64,000 nt of DNA from a virus, in the IMG/VR virus record IMGVR_UViG_3300043403_000102, positions 18,089 through 82,088 of that record; one strand, 5' to 3'. A program made the position numbers and the translations under genes. Positions 28,524 through 37,967 of the stretch are shown here, in pieces (positions within the stretch are counted from its first letter, which is position 1; every line of letters begins with the position of its first letter). The notes beneath the pieces are model-generated. The model saw only the letters and a list, made by a program, of their open reading frames with translations, ran no database searches and was not told the origin of the DNA.

Positions 28524-29735
28524 TCAGGGCGTGGTCTCGTCATCCTGCTCGGCGTAACGAGCCAGCCGGTAAGCCATGTCGGCGGCGACGTGCTCGACGT
28601 AGAACTGCGCAGCGAGGTCTTTGAGGTCTTGGATTACCTGGTCTTCGGGGGCTCTGTTTGTTATCCGGCGTCGAACGCGATGCGGGGGATCTGGGTAGTT
28701 GCGCAGCTCGACGGTGACGCGCCCTATGCGGCTGATGATACAAAAGGAGCCGCTCGTACCAATCCAATCAAGCCTGCCGTTGGAAGCGGGCTTGCCGCAT
28801 ATGGAGTTGCTGTAGAGCGAGCCATAGGGCTTCCACAGCAGGGTGGGGTGACTGCTCATAGATCCCATCTCGGCTTCACACCATGCTCCAGCAGCTTGGC
28901 GAAATGCTCGGCCACAAGTTCCTCCCAGCGGGCCTGCGCCATGGCCTTGGCCGTATCCATCGTGACGTCAAGGGCCTTCGTCAGAAGGAAGTTTTCGCAC
29001 ATGATGGGGCTCGGGATGCTGCGGACTTGAACGCGATACTGGTTGGGCTCAATCCAGACGGTGGCCACGTGCCTGTCATCTGCCGTGAACCCGTTACAAG
29101 CCAGGGCTTCGAAGCCGTTGTACGTCCAGCGAAGGCTCATGGCTTGCTAAGACGCTTGGCCATGCTTCCGGCCACCGCGCGCTCAAAGGCCCCTTGGGCG
29201 TTGCGTTTGGCGTCGTTCAAGGTGACCCCCTGGGTGGAGAACATGAACTGCTCGGTGGTGATCCATGAGGCGAAGATCTGAATTCGATACCGTTGCATCT
29301 GGGGCTCCAGCCATATGATGGACGCCAGGCAGTGAGTGTCAGGCGTGAACCCGTCGACGCGATTGTCAACGACGCCCCCCCATTGAATCAATCTGCCCTT
29401 GACGATGTCCATGTTGGTCCTTATGCTAAGTGTCCCCCGTGGGGGACACTTCAGGTAATGCCTACGCACGCAAGAAGCCCTGCCATGTACCGCGCGACGT
29501 GCCTCTCAGAGGACCAGATCTTTTCGGCGTGCGCCTTTGCTATCTCTACAGTGCGGGGCCTGTACGTTTTGGAAAGCCAGGGTTTGTTGTGCACCGTCAA
29601 AACAAGCGGCCCTCGCGTGTAAATCTTTGAGGAGTTGTACACGAACACGCGAGCACCGACGTCGGTGCTATCGCCTAGGTAACCTGTGTGATACGTCACG
29701 CTCTGGTTATTCCAGCAAACCCATCGCAGCTTCAC
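28524..29735 (-). repeat. Tandem array of 4 paralogous small CDSs (family C)
   Basis: 28524-28859, 28856-29140, 29137-29412, 29451-29735. N-terminal (L/I)xW; C-terminal (A/L)KxxA...E..VA..(M/F)A..L. Confidence 0.65.
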
Positions 29736-30046
29736 GGCTTCACCAGTGCGTCTTCCATCTTCAGGGCCCGGAAGGCATTCATTCGCTCCGTGATGGATCG
29801 GGTGGTGTCGAGTGCGTTGGCCAGCTCCAAGGCGAGGTTGTTGAGGTACCCAACTTCGGGATAGGCCCAGCCAAGGAGTTGGCCGCCCGAGATGTAATCG
29901 CCGGGACCGTCACCAAACCCGGGCTGTCCCAGCACATTGCCTAGGGAACGCATCTGGCGAGCCCAATCATCCCAAAGGATCCTGAGCTTGTGAGCCTCGG
30001 CCAAGAGCTCGGCCCTGGCGAGCACCGCGGGGCTGAACGACATCAC
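29732..30046 (-). CDS. Hypothetical protein
   Basis: 104 aa coupled ORF. Confidence 0.55.
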   Translation of the reverse strand: MMSFSPAVLARAELLAEAHKLRILWDDWARQMRSLGNVLGQPGFGDGPGDYISGGQLLGWAYPEVGYLNNLALELANALDTTRSITERMNAFRALKMEDALVKP

Positions 30047-31728
30047 ACGGCCTCCAGCCGGGAGCCGTCGACGTCATCCTTGACGGCGCGCATGACCGTG
30101 GACCTTGGGAACAGCGTCTGGACCTCGGGGTTGTGGGTGATGACCAGGACCTGCCGCCCTTGCCCCAGGGCTTCGAGGTACGAGGCCACCCGTGCGATGC
30201 CATCCCGGTCGAGGGCATCGAACACCTCGTCGAAGGCCACGAACCCCTCGGCGTCGGGCCCCAGGAGTTGGGCCAAGGCCAGCAGCAGCGCAACGTCTAC
30301 GCGGCTGCGCTCGCCCGAGCTGGCCCCCCCGTACTCGCCCCCGCCCGCCCCGATGACTTGGAACGAGATGGCATCGATGGCCTTGCCGCTCTTAAGCTGC
30401 GCCGTGGCGCTGATGCCGACCTTAAGGTCGAGCCCTAGCTGGCCGAGCACCTGGTTGGTGGCGTGCTCGATTTGCTTAAGGGCACGTCCTAGGAGCATAT
30501 GCCTAGCGCCCCTAAGGCCGTAGACCTCGGCCGTGGCCCCGAGGACAGCGACACGGGTTCGGATCTTGGCCAGCTCCGCGGCGACGACGGCCTGCTCGGC
30601 TTCGAGGTCGGTCGTGTCCTTGTCGCGGGCCGCGCGCATCTGGGCGACGAGCTCGGCCTCCCTCAGCTCCAGCGTGAGGCGTTCGACGTCCGTGCGGGCG
30701 GTAACGGCCTCCTGATTGAGGGCCTCCCCCCGTGCGTCAAGGACGGTCTTCTCGCCCTCGACCTCGGAGAGCTCCTCCTCGAAGCCCTTGATGGCGCCTA
30801 GGAGCTCGGCCAGGGCCTCGGACTGCTTTAGGCGATCTTCCCCTAGGACGGTGACGATGCGGGCCTTGGCGGCCTCCTCAATCGCTTGGAGGCAGGTCGG
30901 GCACTGGTCCCGGACTTGGAGCGCCAGCACCCGGGAGTCGAGCTTGGTCAGGGCGGCCTTCATGTCGTAGGTGCGCGCCTGGGCCCCGGTCAGGTTCTTC
31001 AGGGCCTTGTCCCGGGCCAGGCTCGTCGCGGCAAGCAGCTCCTTGAGTTTGATCTTCTTGTCCTGGGTTCGAAGGAGCGCCTCGGTAGCGGCCTGCTTCT
31101 CGGCCGTGATGGCGTCGAGGGGGCGCGTGGCCTTGAGAGCGGGCTGGGCCTCGATTGCGGCGATGCGCTTGGTCAGGGCGAAGGCTTGGCCGTCGAGCTG
31201 CATCTGGCGGTCGCTGGCCTCTCGCAGGCGCACCTTGAGCACGTCGGCGGCTTCGCCGAACCGCTCGAGCCCGAGGAAACTTTCAAGCAGCTCCTTGCGT
31301 TCCTTGTCGGTGCTGGCCCCAAACTTGGCGAGGAACTCCTTAGCGAACAGGCGCGTGGCCGTGAACCGGGCCCAGGGACCTAGGAGGTTTTCGATCTTGG
31401 TTTGGGTCTCGGTGGCGGTCTGCCCTGCGAGGTCCTCGCCGTCTCGGGTGAGCAGGATGGTGGCGGTCTGTTTGTTGCGCGTACGCCCCACCGCCCAGTC
31501 ATGGCCCTTATGGGTGAAGTTGACTTGGGCGCTGGCGCTCTTGGCCCCCGGGGGCACGGGGCTCTTACCCCGAAGGGTCTCGCCATAGAGAGCCCAGCAC
31601 ATGGCCTCCATCATCGTGCTCTTGCCTGCACCGTTGTCGCCCGTGAGCAGCGTGACCCCGTCGACGGGGGACCAGGCCCCCGCGTGATAGGTCATGAAGT
31701 TCTCGAGCTTGATTGATTGGATCTTCAT
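30043..31728 (-). CDS. SbcC/Rad50-like recombination ATPase
   Basis: LENFMTY, Walker A GDNGAGKST, coiled coil with CPTC hook, SSGE signature, FDE, ITH. Confidence 0.9.
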   Translation of the reverse strand: MKIQSIKLENFMTYHAGAWSPVDGVTLLTGDNGAGKSTMMEAMCWALYGETLRGKSPVPPGAKSASAQVNFTHKGHDWAVGRTRNKQTATILLTRDGEDLAGQTATETQTKIENLLGPWARFTATRLFAKEFLAKFGASTDKERKELLESFLGLERFGEAADVLKVRLREASDRQMQLDGQAFALTKRIAAIEAQPALKATRPLDAITAEKQAATEALLRTQDKKIKLKELLAATSLARDKALKNLTGAQARTYDMKAALTKLDSRVLALQVRDQCPTCLQAIEEAAKARIVTVLGEDRLKQSEALAELLGAIKGFEEELSEVEGEKTVLDARGEALNQEAVTARTDVERLTLELREAELVAQMRAARDKDTTDLEAEQAVVAAELAKIRTRVAVLGATAEVYGLRGARHMLLGRALKQIEHATNQVLGQLGLDLKVGISATAQLKSGKAIDAISFQVIGAGGGEYGGASSGERSRVDVALLLALAQLLGPDAEGFVAFDEVFDALDRDGIARVASYLEALGQGRQVLVITHNPEVQTLFPRSTVMRAVKDDVDGSRLEAV

Positions 31729-32873
31729 TGGTCTCTCCCAGCGCTGAGCGCGTTCCAAACCCCCAAGGCCTCGGCGTGGACGTCATCCCTCGATACCCCG
31801 GGCGGTAACGTCATCTGCTCGATGAACTCGGCAATGGCCGCCTTGGCATCGGACACCTGAGGCAGCGGCCCCAGGTCAATCGTGGCGTCGACGGGGGCCG
31901 CGTCTTCCACGACAATCGCACCGGTTGCCAGGACGGCACGCACCTTCTCGCCTGCCTTCGGTCCGAGGCGCGCATAGACGGGGTGGGACTTGGCGACCAG
32001 CATAGGCATCGCCATCGCGGCGTCGTTCGCCTCGTCCACGCGAAAGAACCGAGGCCCGGGGACTTCGACCCCTGTGATTGAATCAGGGACATACAGGGAC
32101 AGGCCGCCCACTGCTGGGTAGGTGCCGTCATCACCGAAGCCATGCGGAATTAGCGTGCCTACCTGAAGGATGCTCATCGCCCCGGTGACGCCCTCGCACT
32201 CCCAGAACTCACGGTGGTGGAAGTTCCCGACGAAGCAGTCGAGGACCCCGAGCCTCGTCATCACATCGAACAGGGCATCGTAATGGATGGCATCGTTGGC
32301 TCGGGCCTTCCATTCTCCCGCGCCCTTGTCGTCCCCGTAGACACCAACGTGTGTGATTAAGATCTTACGAGTATTGATCAACTCGCAAGGCGGGGGCTCG
32401 AAGGTCCGCAGGTACTCGGACATGGGCATCTGAGACTGGAACGGCACGCAGAGGGCCGTGATGCCCAACTCCTCCATGTCAATCCAAGTCGGCTCGGTGA
32501 CGATGGTGGCCTCGTTGAACAGCGGGGCCAGCGCCGTGTTGCCGTCCTTGGCGGTGGCGTCGGGCATGTCGTGGTTCCCCGGGATGAGCACGACCCCCAT
32601 GGTCTGGGCGTCCTCGCTGCTCAGCACGTGCTTCACGGCCGCGATGAGTGAGGGCTCGGGGCGGCACTTGTTAAAGAGGTCACCGGCCACGAACAGCACC
32701 TTCACCCCTGCGGCCTTGGCCTTGGAGATGGACGCGCTAAAGGCGTCGAGAGTTTCCTTTGCTCTACGGTTCAGGCCCGCGATGATGGGCCCTCCATACT
32801 TGGGGTGGTTGTCGATGTGAAGGTCGGCCACGATGCCGATGCAGTTGGATTCCTTTTTCTTGGCAGCCATCAC
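31725..32873 (-). CDS. SbcD/Mre11-like metallophosphoesterase nuclease
   Basis: ADLH, AGDLF, GNHD, GNFH motifs; adjacent to the SbcC-like gene. Confidence 0.9.
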   Translation of the reverse strand: MMAAKKKESNCIGIVADLHIDNHPKYGGPIIAGLNRRAKETLDAFSASISKAKAAGVKVLFVAGDLFNKCRPEPSLIAAVKHVLSSEDAQTMGVVLIPGNHDMPDATAKDGNTALAPLFNEATIVTEPTWIDMEELGITALCVPFQSQMPMSEYLRTFEPPPCELINTRKILITHVGVYGDDKGAGEWKARANDAIHYDALFDVMTRLGVLDCFVGNFHHREFWECEGVTGAMSILQVGTLIPHGFGDDGTYPAVGGLSLYVPDSITGVEVPGPRFFRVDEANDAAMAMPMLVAKSHPVYARLGPKAGEKVRAVLATGAIVVEDAAPVDATIDLGPLPQVSDAKAAIAEFIEQMTLPPGVSRDDVHAEALGVWNALSAGRDQ

Positions 32874-33865
32874 TTCTCCTCTTCGGGTATTGCGGCAAGG
32901 TCGGCCTCAAACTGCTCGATGCTGACAACGTCAGTCCAGCCCAAGTTGGCGAGCGCAGTCTTGATGGACTGGCACTTATCGGGCACGCAGCCGACATCCT
33001 TGGCGTGATGAAGGATGGCGTGCTTGTCGCTGAACCCCGTGGCGTAGTCGAGCTTGAGCTCGGCCTTGCGAAAGGGCGGGCACAGCTTGTTCTTCATGGC
33101 TTGGATCCCCATGTAGCGTGCGCCCGGGCCGTCGCCCTTGCCGTGCCTGACATTGAGGCGCACCGATGCGTAGAACTTGATGGCGTTGCCGCCGGGAGTG
33201 GTCTCGGGGTTCCCGTACAGGACCCCGATCTTCATGCGCACTTGGTTGATAAGCAGGAGCGTGGCCCCGTGGCGGTGCTTGCCCAGCAGCGCCGAGAGCT
33301 GCCTCAAGGAGCGCGACCAGATGCGCGCCTGCTCGCCTATGGCGGCGTCCCCGGTGAGGCCCTCGTCGAACTCCTTCTTGGTCTTGCAGGCGGCCACGCT
33401 ATCGACCGCAATCAACATCGGGCGCTTGGTCTTAGCGAGAAGCCGCTCAATCTGCGGGAACATCCCGGCCTCCCCGTCCATGTAGTCGGGCTGCAACAGC
33501 AGGAGCTCGTCGGTGTTCACACCCAGCATGCGGGCCCACTCGGGGTCGTAGGCGTGTTCGACTTCGACGAGGACGGCTTGACCGCCTATGCGCTGGCACC
33601 CGGCAAGCATCATGTTCATGACGCTGGACTTGCCCGCGCCTTCGCCCCCGTACATCTCAATCACGCGGCCCCAAGGAAGACCGCCTACTCCTAGGATGTA
33701 ACGATCGAGCGGTGTAATCCCGGTGGGGAACACGCCCCTCACGCCGACGTTGGCGCTGGCCAACGTCATGGCGATGTCGTCGCGCTTGAACACCGTACAA
33801 AGATCATCGGCCAATGCCTGGGCGGACTCGGTACCCGTCGGGGGTTTCTTCTTGATCGCGGCCAT
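32870..33865 (-). CDS. recA: RecA recombinase
   Basis: GGLPWGRVIEMYGGEGAGKS, VDSVAA, INQVRMKIGVLYGNPETTPGGNAIKFYASVRL. Confidence 0.95.
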   Translation of the reverse strand: MAAIKKKPPTGTESAQALADDLCTVFKRDDIAMTLASANVGVRGVFPTGITPLDRYILGVGGLPWGRVIEMYGGEGAGKSSVMNMMLAGCQRIGGQAVLVEVEHAYDPEWARMLGVNTDELLLLQPDYMDGEAGMFPQIERLLAKTKRPMLIAVDSVAACKTKKEFDEGLTGDAAIGEQARIWSRSLRQLSALLGKHRHGATLLLINQVRMKIGVLYGNPETTPGGNAIKFYASVRLNVRHGKGDGPGARYMGIQAMKNKLCPPFRKAELKLDYATGFSDKHAILHHAKDVGCVPDKCQSIKTALANLGWTDVVSIEQFEADLAAIPEEEK

Positions 33866-33884
33866 CGGTTCACCTCACACAAAT

Positions 33885-34009
33885 AAAAAAAGCGGCGGTG
33901 CTTTTTATCCGATAGTCAGCAGCAAAGAATCCATGACGGTGCTGCGCTCGAAAGGACCAACTCACGCACGCAGCACCCGGATCTCGCTGGTCGGAATTTG
34001 CACCGCCGC
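33885..34009 (-). ncRNA. Long intergenic hairpin RNA with an anti-RBS loop (candidate sRNA)
   Basis: Nested stems GCGGCGGTGC/GCACCGCCGC (33892-33901/34000-34009), TCCGA/TCGGA, CAGC/GCTG, ATCC/GGAT, GGTGCTGCG/CGCAGCACC. T7 run after the stem on the minus strand. Loop reads GUUGGUCCUUUCGA. Confidence 0.65.
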
Positions 34010-34034
34010 AAAAACAAGTCTACTTCACGACGGT

Positions 34035-34814
34035 CTAAAAGTCGTCGTCATCAATACCCCCGCCGCTCTTAACGGGCGTGGCATCGACGTCGATAACACC
34101 AGGCGGCGGGGCATCAGGATCTTCCCCCGCGAGGATGGCCGCGATCTCATCGGGCGTGCGGCGGGGGTAGACCGTGCTCAGGTCGTTCAAAGCGCCGAGC
34201 CAAGAACGATCGGCAATCGGGCTGGGTGCCTTAGAGAACCGCACCTTGTATCGGGTGTCCGTCTTGCCTGTGCCTTCGCGGTCGATGACCATGTTGTACC
34301 CGCGATCGGGATGACTGATGTCCCCCAGGGCCGTGTCATCGTCAGGGCCACTCCCGAGCATCAACGTGAGAATGTCCCCGTAAATGCCGGGGGCGTACTC
34401 CGCAACGAGCACCCCCAATGCGGGGTTCTGAAGGTCAATGACATTGGCCAAGATGCGGTGGCCTGCCGTGAAGTCGCCCGCCGTCTTGCTGGCCTGGCCC
34501 TGGCTGCGATAAAGCTCGGAGGCTTTGTCACAGGAGGCACACAGCTTCGACGCTCGTGTCTTGCGCGGGCACACGGTGGCCGTCTTCTTGGCGGGGTCAT
34601 TGGGGTTGGGAAGGTAGTGAACATATGTCTCGTAAAACGGGGACCTGATGTGGGGTCCCCACGGGGGCAGAATGCGCACGAGGTTGCGCCCCACGACCAG
34701 CTTCATCTTGGCCTTCTGACGGGCGGCCTTCTGGTCGAGGATGTTCTGGCGGGCTTCTTGAAGGAAGGAGAGGTCGGCTTTGCCGTGGACTGTCAGTGCT
34801 TTGTCGTCGCTCAT
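34035..34814 (-). CDS. Single-stranded DNA-binding protein (T4 gp32-like)
   Basis: VRILPP, H..C..CxxC zinc site, acidic DDDDF tail. Confidence 0.8.
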   Translation of the reverse strand: MSDDKALTVHGKADLSFLQEARQNILDQKAARQKAKMKLVVGRNLVRILPPWGPHIRSPFYETYVHYLPNPNDPAKKTATVCPRKTRASKLCASCDKASELYRSQGQASKTAGDFTAGHRILANVIDLQNPALGVLVAEYAPGIYGDILTLMLGSGPDDDTALGDISHPDRGYNMVIDREGTGKTDTRYKVRFSKAPSPIADRSWLGALNDLSTVYPRRTPDEIAAILAGEDPDAPPPGVIDVDATPVKSGGGIDDDDF

Positions 34815-34862
34815 GTGTGCTGGTTTCCTTTGGTTGCTGTTCTATGGGTTGCGTGTTGTGAT

Positions 34863-35354
34863 TTAGAGGTCGGAGTCGAGTAAGCGTTGGCGGGCCTTCG
34901 AGGTCGCAGTCTCGCCGTTGATGGAGGGGCTCGGCCTCATCTCGGCACGGTAGTTGGCCCCTAGGCTGATGAGCATCTCGCGCTTGGTCTGAAGGGCATC
35001 GCACACGTTGCCGACCTTCTCCACGTGCAGGGTTACGGAGTCCATCGCCTGTGCGGCACGCGTGAAACGCGGGTCGAGTATCGTGCTGGCCTTGACGAAC
35101 TCATCGGTGGCGGGCTTGCCGTTGGACATCGTGGCCCCCTTGTATTCGATGTAAAGCTGCGACTCGACCACCTCAAGCTCGCGCTTGACCTGGCGCTGAC
35201 GAGCCTTCGCTTCGGCGTAGCAGCCGCCGTAATACGCGACGTGACCGGGGATTGAGGTCATGTCGTTGTTGATCTCGGTCTCGTTCCCGATGCTCACGAC
35301 CTCGCGGACTTGGTCCGGGTCGAGCATCGACGTGTCTTGCTTGGGGTTTGTCAT
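34863..35354 (-). CDS. UvsY-like recombination mediator
   Basis: Helical protein with K-T-D..VKA and KREMLISLGANYRAE; next to ssb and recA. Confidence 0.65.
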   Translation of the reverse strand: MTNPKQDTSMLDPDQVREVVSIGNETEINNDMTSIPGHVAYYGGCYAEAKARQRQVKRELEVVESQLYIEYKGATMSNGKPATDEFVKASTILDPRFTRAAQAMDSVTLHVEKVGNVCDALQTKREMLISLGANYRAEMRPSPSINGETATSKARQRLLDSDL

Positions 35355-35360
35355 GTTAGA

Positions 35361-35386
35361 TATTTAGGGGCGCCAGTTTGGTTTAC
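35361..35386 (-). promoter_or_regulatory. Phage promoter GTAAAC-N14-TAAATA (copy 6)
   Basis: Exact motif; ATG 6 nt downstream; would drive uvsY-ssb-hairpin. Confidence 0.8.
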
Positions 35387-35391
35387 CCGAA

Positions 35392-37965
35392 TCAAACGGG
35401 CAGACTTTTTAGGTGACCCCAGTCATCCCCGACCTCCACGTCCACGGCCATCGGCACCCCGCCGCTAGGCCACCGCAGCATCAGGCGTTTGGCCTCGGCG
35501 GCCACCCGCAACACGTCGGCGTCGGGTACCTCCAGCACGATGGAGTCGTGCACCGTCATGACGACCTTGGTCTTGGGCTCCTCGTCCAGGGTCCATCGCA
35601 CGATCTCGACGAGGCTGGCCAGGCAGAAGCAATTCGCGATTCCTTGGATGGGGGTGTTCTGTGAGACGTTGACCCAGTGCCTTCGGATCTTCTCGTCCTC
35701 CTTGGTGCTGCCCTCTTGGCCCAGGCCATAGGCCGAACGACGGAACGTCCAATCAAGGCCGCTGCCCGGAGGGTTCCAAGACCACCGCAGCACGCCAGAT
35801 ACAGTGCCTTGAGCTTCTTGGTCGCGGCGCCACTTCGCCAGGCCCGCGTACTTGCCTAAGATCTTGTCGATGATGTTCTGCGCGGCATCGGTCGACATCC
35901 CCAAGGACTTACCCAGGGCATAGGAGCCCTGGCCAAAGATGAGGCCGAAGTTCACGGCCTTGGCGGCGGACCGCTGGGTCTTGGTAACCTGAGCAATCGG
36001 CGTGTTGAAAGCCAGAGCGGCCGTGGCCTTGTGGAAGTCCTCGCCGCTTTCAAAAGCCTTAGCCATCGCAACGTCCCCGCTCAGCATCGCGGCAACCCGC
36101 AACTCCTGCTGACTGTAGTCGAGCGAGACCAACTTCTTACCGTGAGGCGCGATGAAGCACCCACGCGCCCAAGACCCCTCGTCCCCCTCGACGTCGGGGC
36201 GGGTGATGTTCTGCATGTTGGGCCCCGACGAACTCAAGCGCCCCGTGCGCACGATCTTAAACGTCGTATGCACTCGCCCGTCGAGCACCGACATGTGCTT
36301 AAGCATCCCGAGCCCGTAGGTGCTGCGCTGCTTCTTGATGCCTGCGAAGTCCAGCAACAGGGCCACCGCGGGGTGTGAGGTCTTGAGCGCTTCAAGGGTG
36401 GCCGCGTCCGTGCTCGGCTTGCCCGTCGCGGTCTTGCTCATGACGGGCAGATTTAACTTTTCATACAGCAATTGAGCGATCTCATTGGGCGTGATCTTGA
36501 TCTCATGCGGGGCCTTCTTGGTCGAACCAGGCCGCGGAAGCAACCACTCACGGGGGACCTCGGGGATGGCCGCCAGGGATTGAATACACTGGTTGAGCTT
36601 GTTCTCTAAGAACATGTCATAGGCGCGCACGTTATCAGGGCTCAAGGCCATGCCGTTGCGCTCGACGTGGCCGAGCATCTCGAAGGCGGGGCCTATGAGC
36701 TTGGACCACGTAAGCTTCAACGCCTCAGGCATGGCCTTGGTCATCCAAGCATCAAGACGCGTAGTCGCGGCGATGTCGCGCCCGTTGTACGCGTGCAGCT
36801 TATCGACGGGCATCTTGGCGAACCGTGCGCCCCCCTTGGCGTCCTCGTCGTCCTCGCCGCTCTTAGCGGCTTCCTTGTACCCGCCGAACCCCACGAGCCA
36901 GGACAGCGGGCCTAGCCCCGATAGGGCCTCGGGTTCTCGCAGGCGCGCCCACAGCATCAGGTCACGTTCGACCCCCTTAATGTCCACGCCGAACTGCCGG
37001 TAGATGGCGTGGCGATCGTGCTTGACGTTGACGTTGACCTTAGGGACTCGGTGGTCTTCCATGAGCGCCTTGAAGGCACGCTGAACCACGGGGGTCCCCA
37101 GGGCCTCGCGGCTGAGCACCAGGGGGGCGCATCCACCATGGCCAATGCCTACGCATAGCAGCGCGAAGTCGCGCCCCCATAGGCTGCCTGCATGCTCAAC
37201 GTCAACCACCAGATTCCCGGGCGTCGTTGGCCCTTTGTATTTGTAGTCCCAGTGGATGTCGCACAACCTCTGGGCCGCCTCTATCGGGTCGGGTACCAAA
37301 GTCACCCCTGCGGGTTGCACGGGTAGCTCGGACGTCAGAGCCCAGGCCAGGTCTCTCTCGAACGTGATGCGTATAAAGCGATTGCGAATGCTGACGGTGT
37401 GGTCGCCCAAAATGAATGCGGGGATCCCCCGCACCATCCCCCAGGCGTGCCGCAGGTAGGTCGCATCTACATACCGCCCGAACGCGGACTGTATCGCGTG
37501 GTTACCGATGAGAATGATCCGGCTCGGCTTCGACTGCTCGATGTCGTTCAGCAAGTAGGGGCGGCACTTCTCGATCGTGTCGGTCTCGGGGGACTTCCCG
37601 ACGGAACACCCGATGGCATAGGTCAGGTTGACGCCGTCGGGGCATATGCGCTCAGCCAACCTGCGCACGTAAACGGACGAATGACTTGAGAAGGACCTGC
37701 CGCTGTGTGCCTCGTCGCGCGTGGGCGAGGGCAGCACGACGAGCGGCAAGCCAGGCGTAATAACAGGTGCCCCCATGCAGACGGTGGGGCTCTTGGTGTA
37801 AGCCTCGCAAGCCGTACATCCCGGAGTTCGCGCACGGGCTGCGTTCGCTCCCAACGTATCGAGCCCAGGGTTCCAAGGCTCCCACAGAGGCAGCGAGCGC
37901 GTGGGCTGCTCGGCCGTGGGTTCCAGAGGGTAAACCCGGTTATTCCAGTCGTCCCAGGGCTTCAC
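35392..37965 (-). CDS. polA: Family A DNA polymerase with N-terminal UDG-like domain and 3'-5' exonuclease
   Basis: UDG-like Cys cluster (CTAC..C..CRPYL); Exo I-III (DVE, NVKHD, YNGRD); TGRLSS, DYSQQELR, KAVNFG, NTPIQG, TVHDS. Confidence 0.93.
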   Translation of the reverse strand: MKPWDDWNNRVYPLEPTAEQPTRSLPLWEPWNPGLDTLGANAARARTPGCTACEAYTKSPTVCMGAPVITPGLPLVVLPSPTRDEAHSGRSFSSHSSVYVRRLAERICPDGVNLTYAIGCSVGKSPETDTIEKCRPYLLNDIEQSKPSRIILIGNHAIQSAFGRYVDATYLRHAWGMVRGIPAFILGDHTVSIRNRFIRITFERDLAWALTSELPVQPAGVTLVPDPIEAAQRLCDIHWDYKYKGPTTPGNLVVDVEHAGSLWGRDFALLCVGIGHGGCAPLVLSREALGTPVVQRAFKALMEDHRVPKVNVNVKHDRHAIYRQFGVDIKGVERDLMLWARLREPEALSGLGPLSWLVGFGGYKEAAKSGEDDEDAKGGARFAKMPVDKLHAYNGRDIAATTRLDAWMTKAMPEALKLTWSKLIGPAFEMLGHVERNGMALSPDNVRAYDMFLENKLNQCIQSLAAIPEVPREWLLPRPGSTKKAPHEIKITPNEIAQLLYEKLNLPVMSKTATGKPSTDAATLEALKTSHPAVALLLDFAGIKKQRSTYGLGMLKHMSVLDGRVHTTFKIVRTGRLSSSGPNMQNITRPDVEGDEGSWARGCFIAPHGKKLVSLDYSQQELRVAAMLSGDVAMAKAFESGEDFHKATAALAFNTPIAQVTKTQRSAAKAVNFGLIFGQGSYALGKSLGMSTDAAQNIIDKILGKYAGLAKWRRDQEAQGTVSGVLRWSWNPPGSGLDWTFRRSAYGLGQEGSTKEDEKIRRHWVNVSQNTPIQGIANCFCLASLVEIVRWTLDEEPKTKVVMTVHDSIVLEVPDADVLRVAAEAKRLMLRWPSGGVPMAVDVEVGDDWGHLKSLPV

Positions 37966-37967
37966 CG

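Noticed and set aside
33723-34883. 386-aa plus-strand ORF
   Set aside because: Antisense shadow of ssb/recA in high-GC DNA, with no motifs or RBS.
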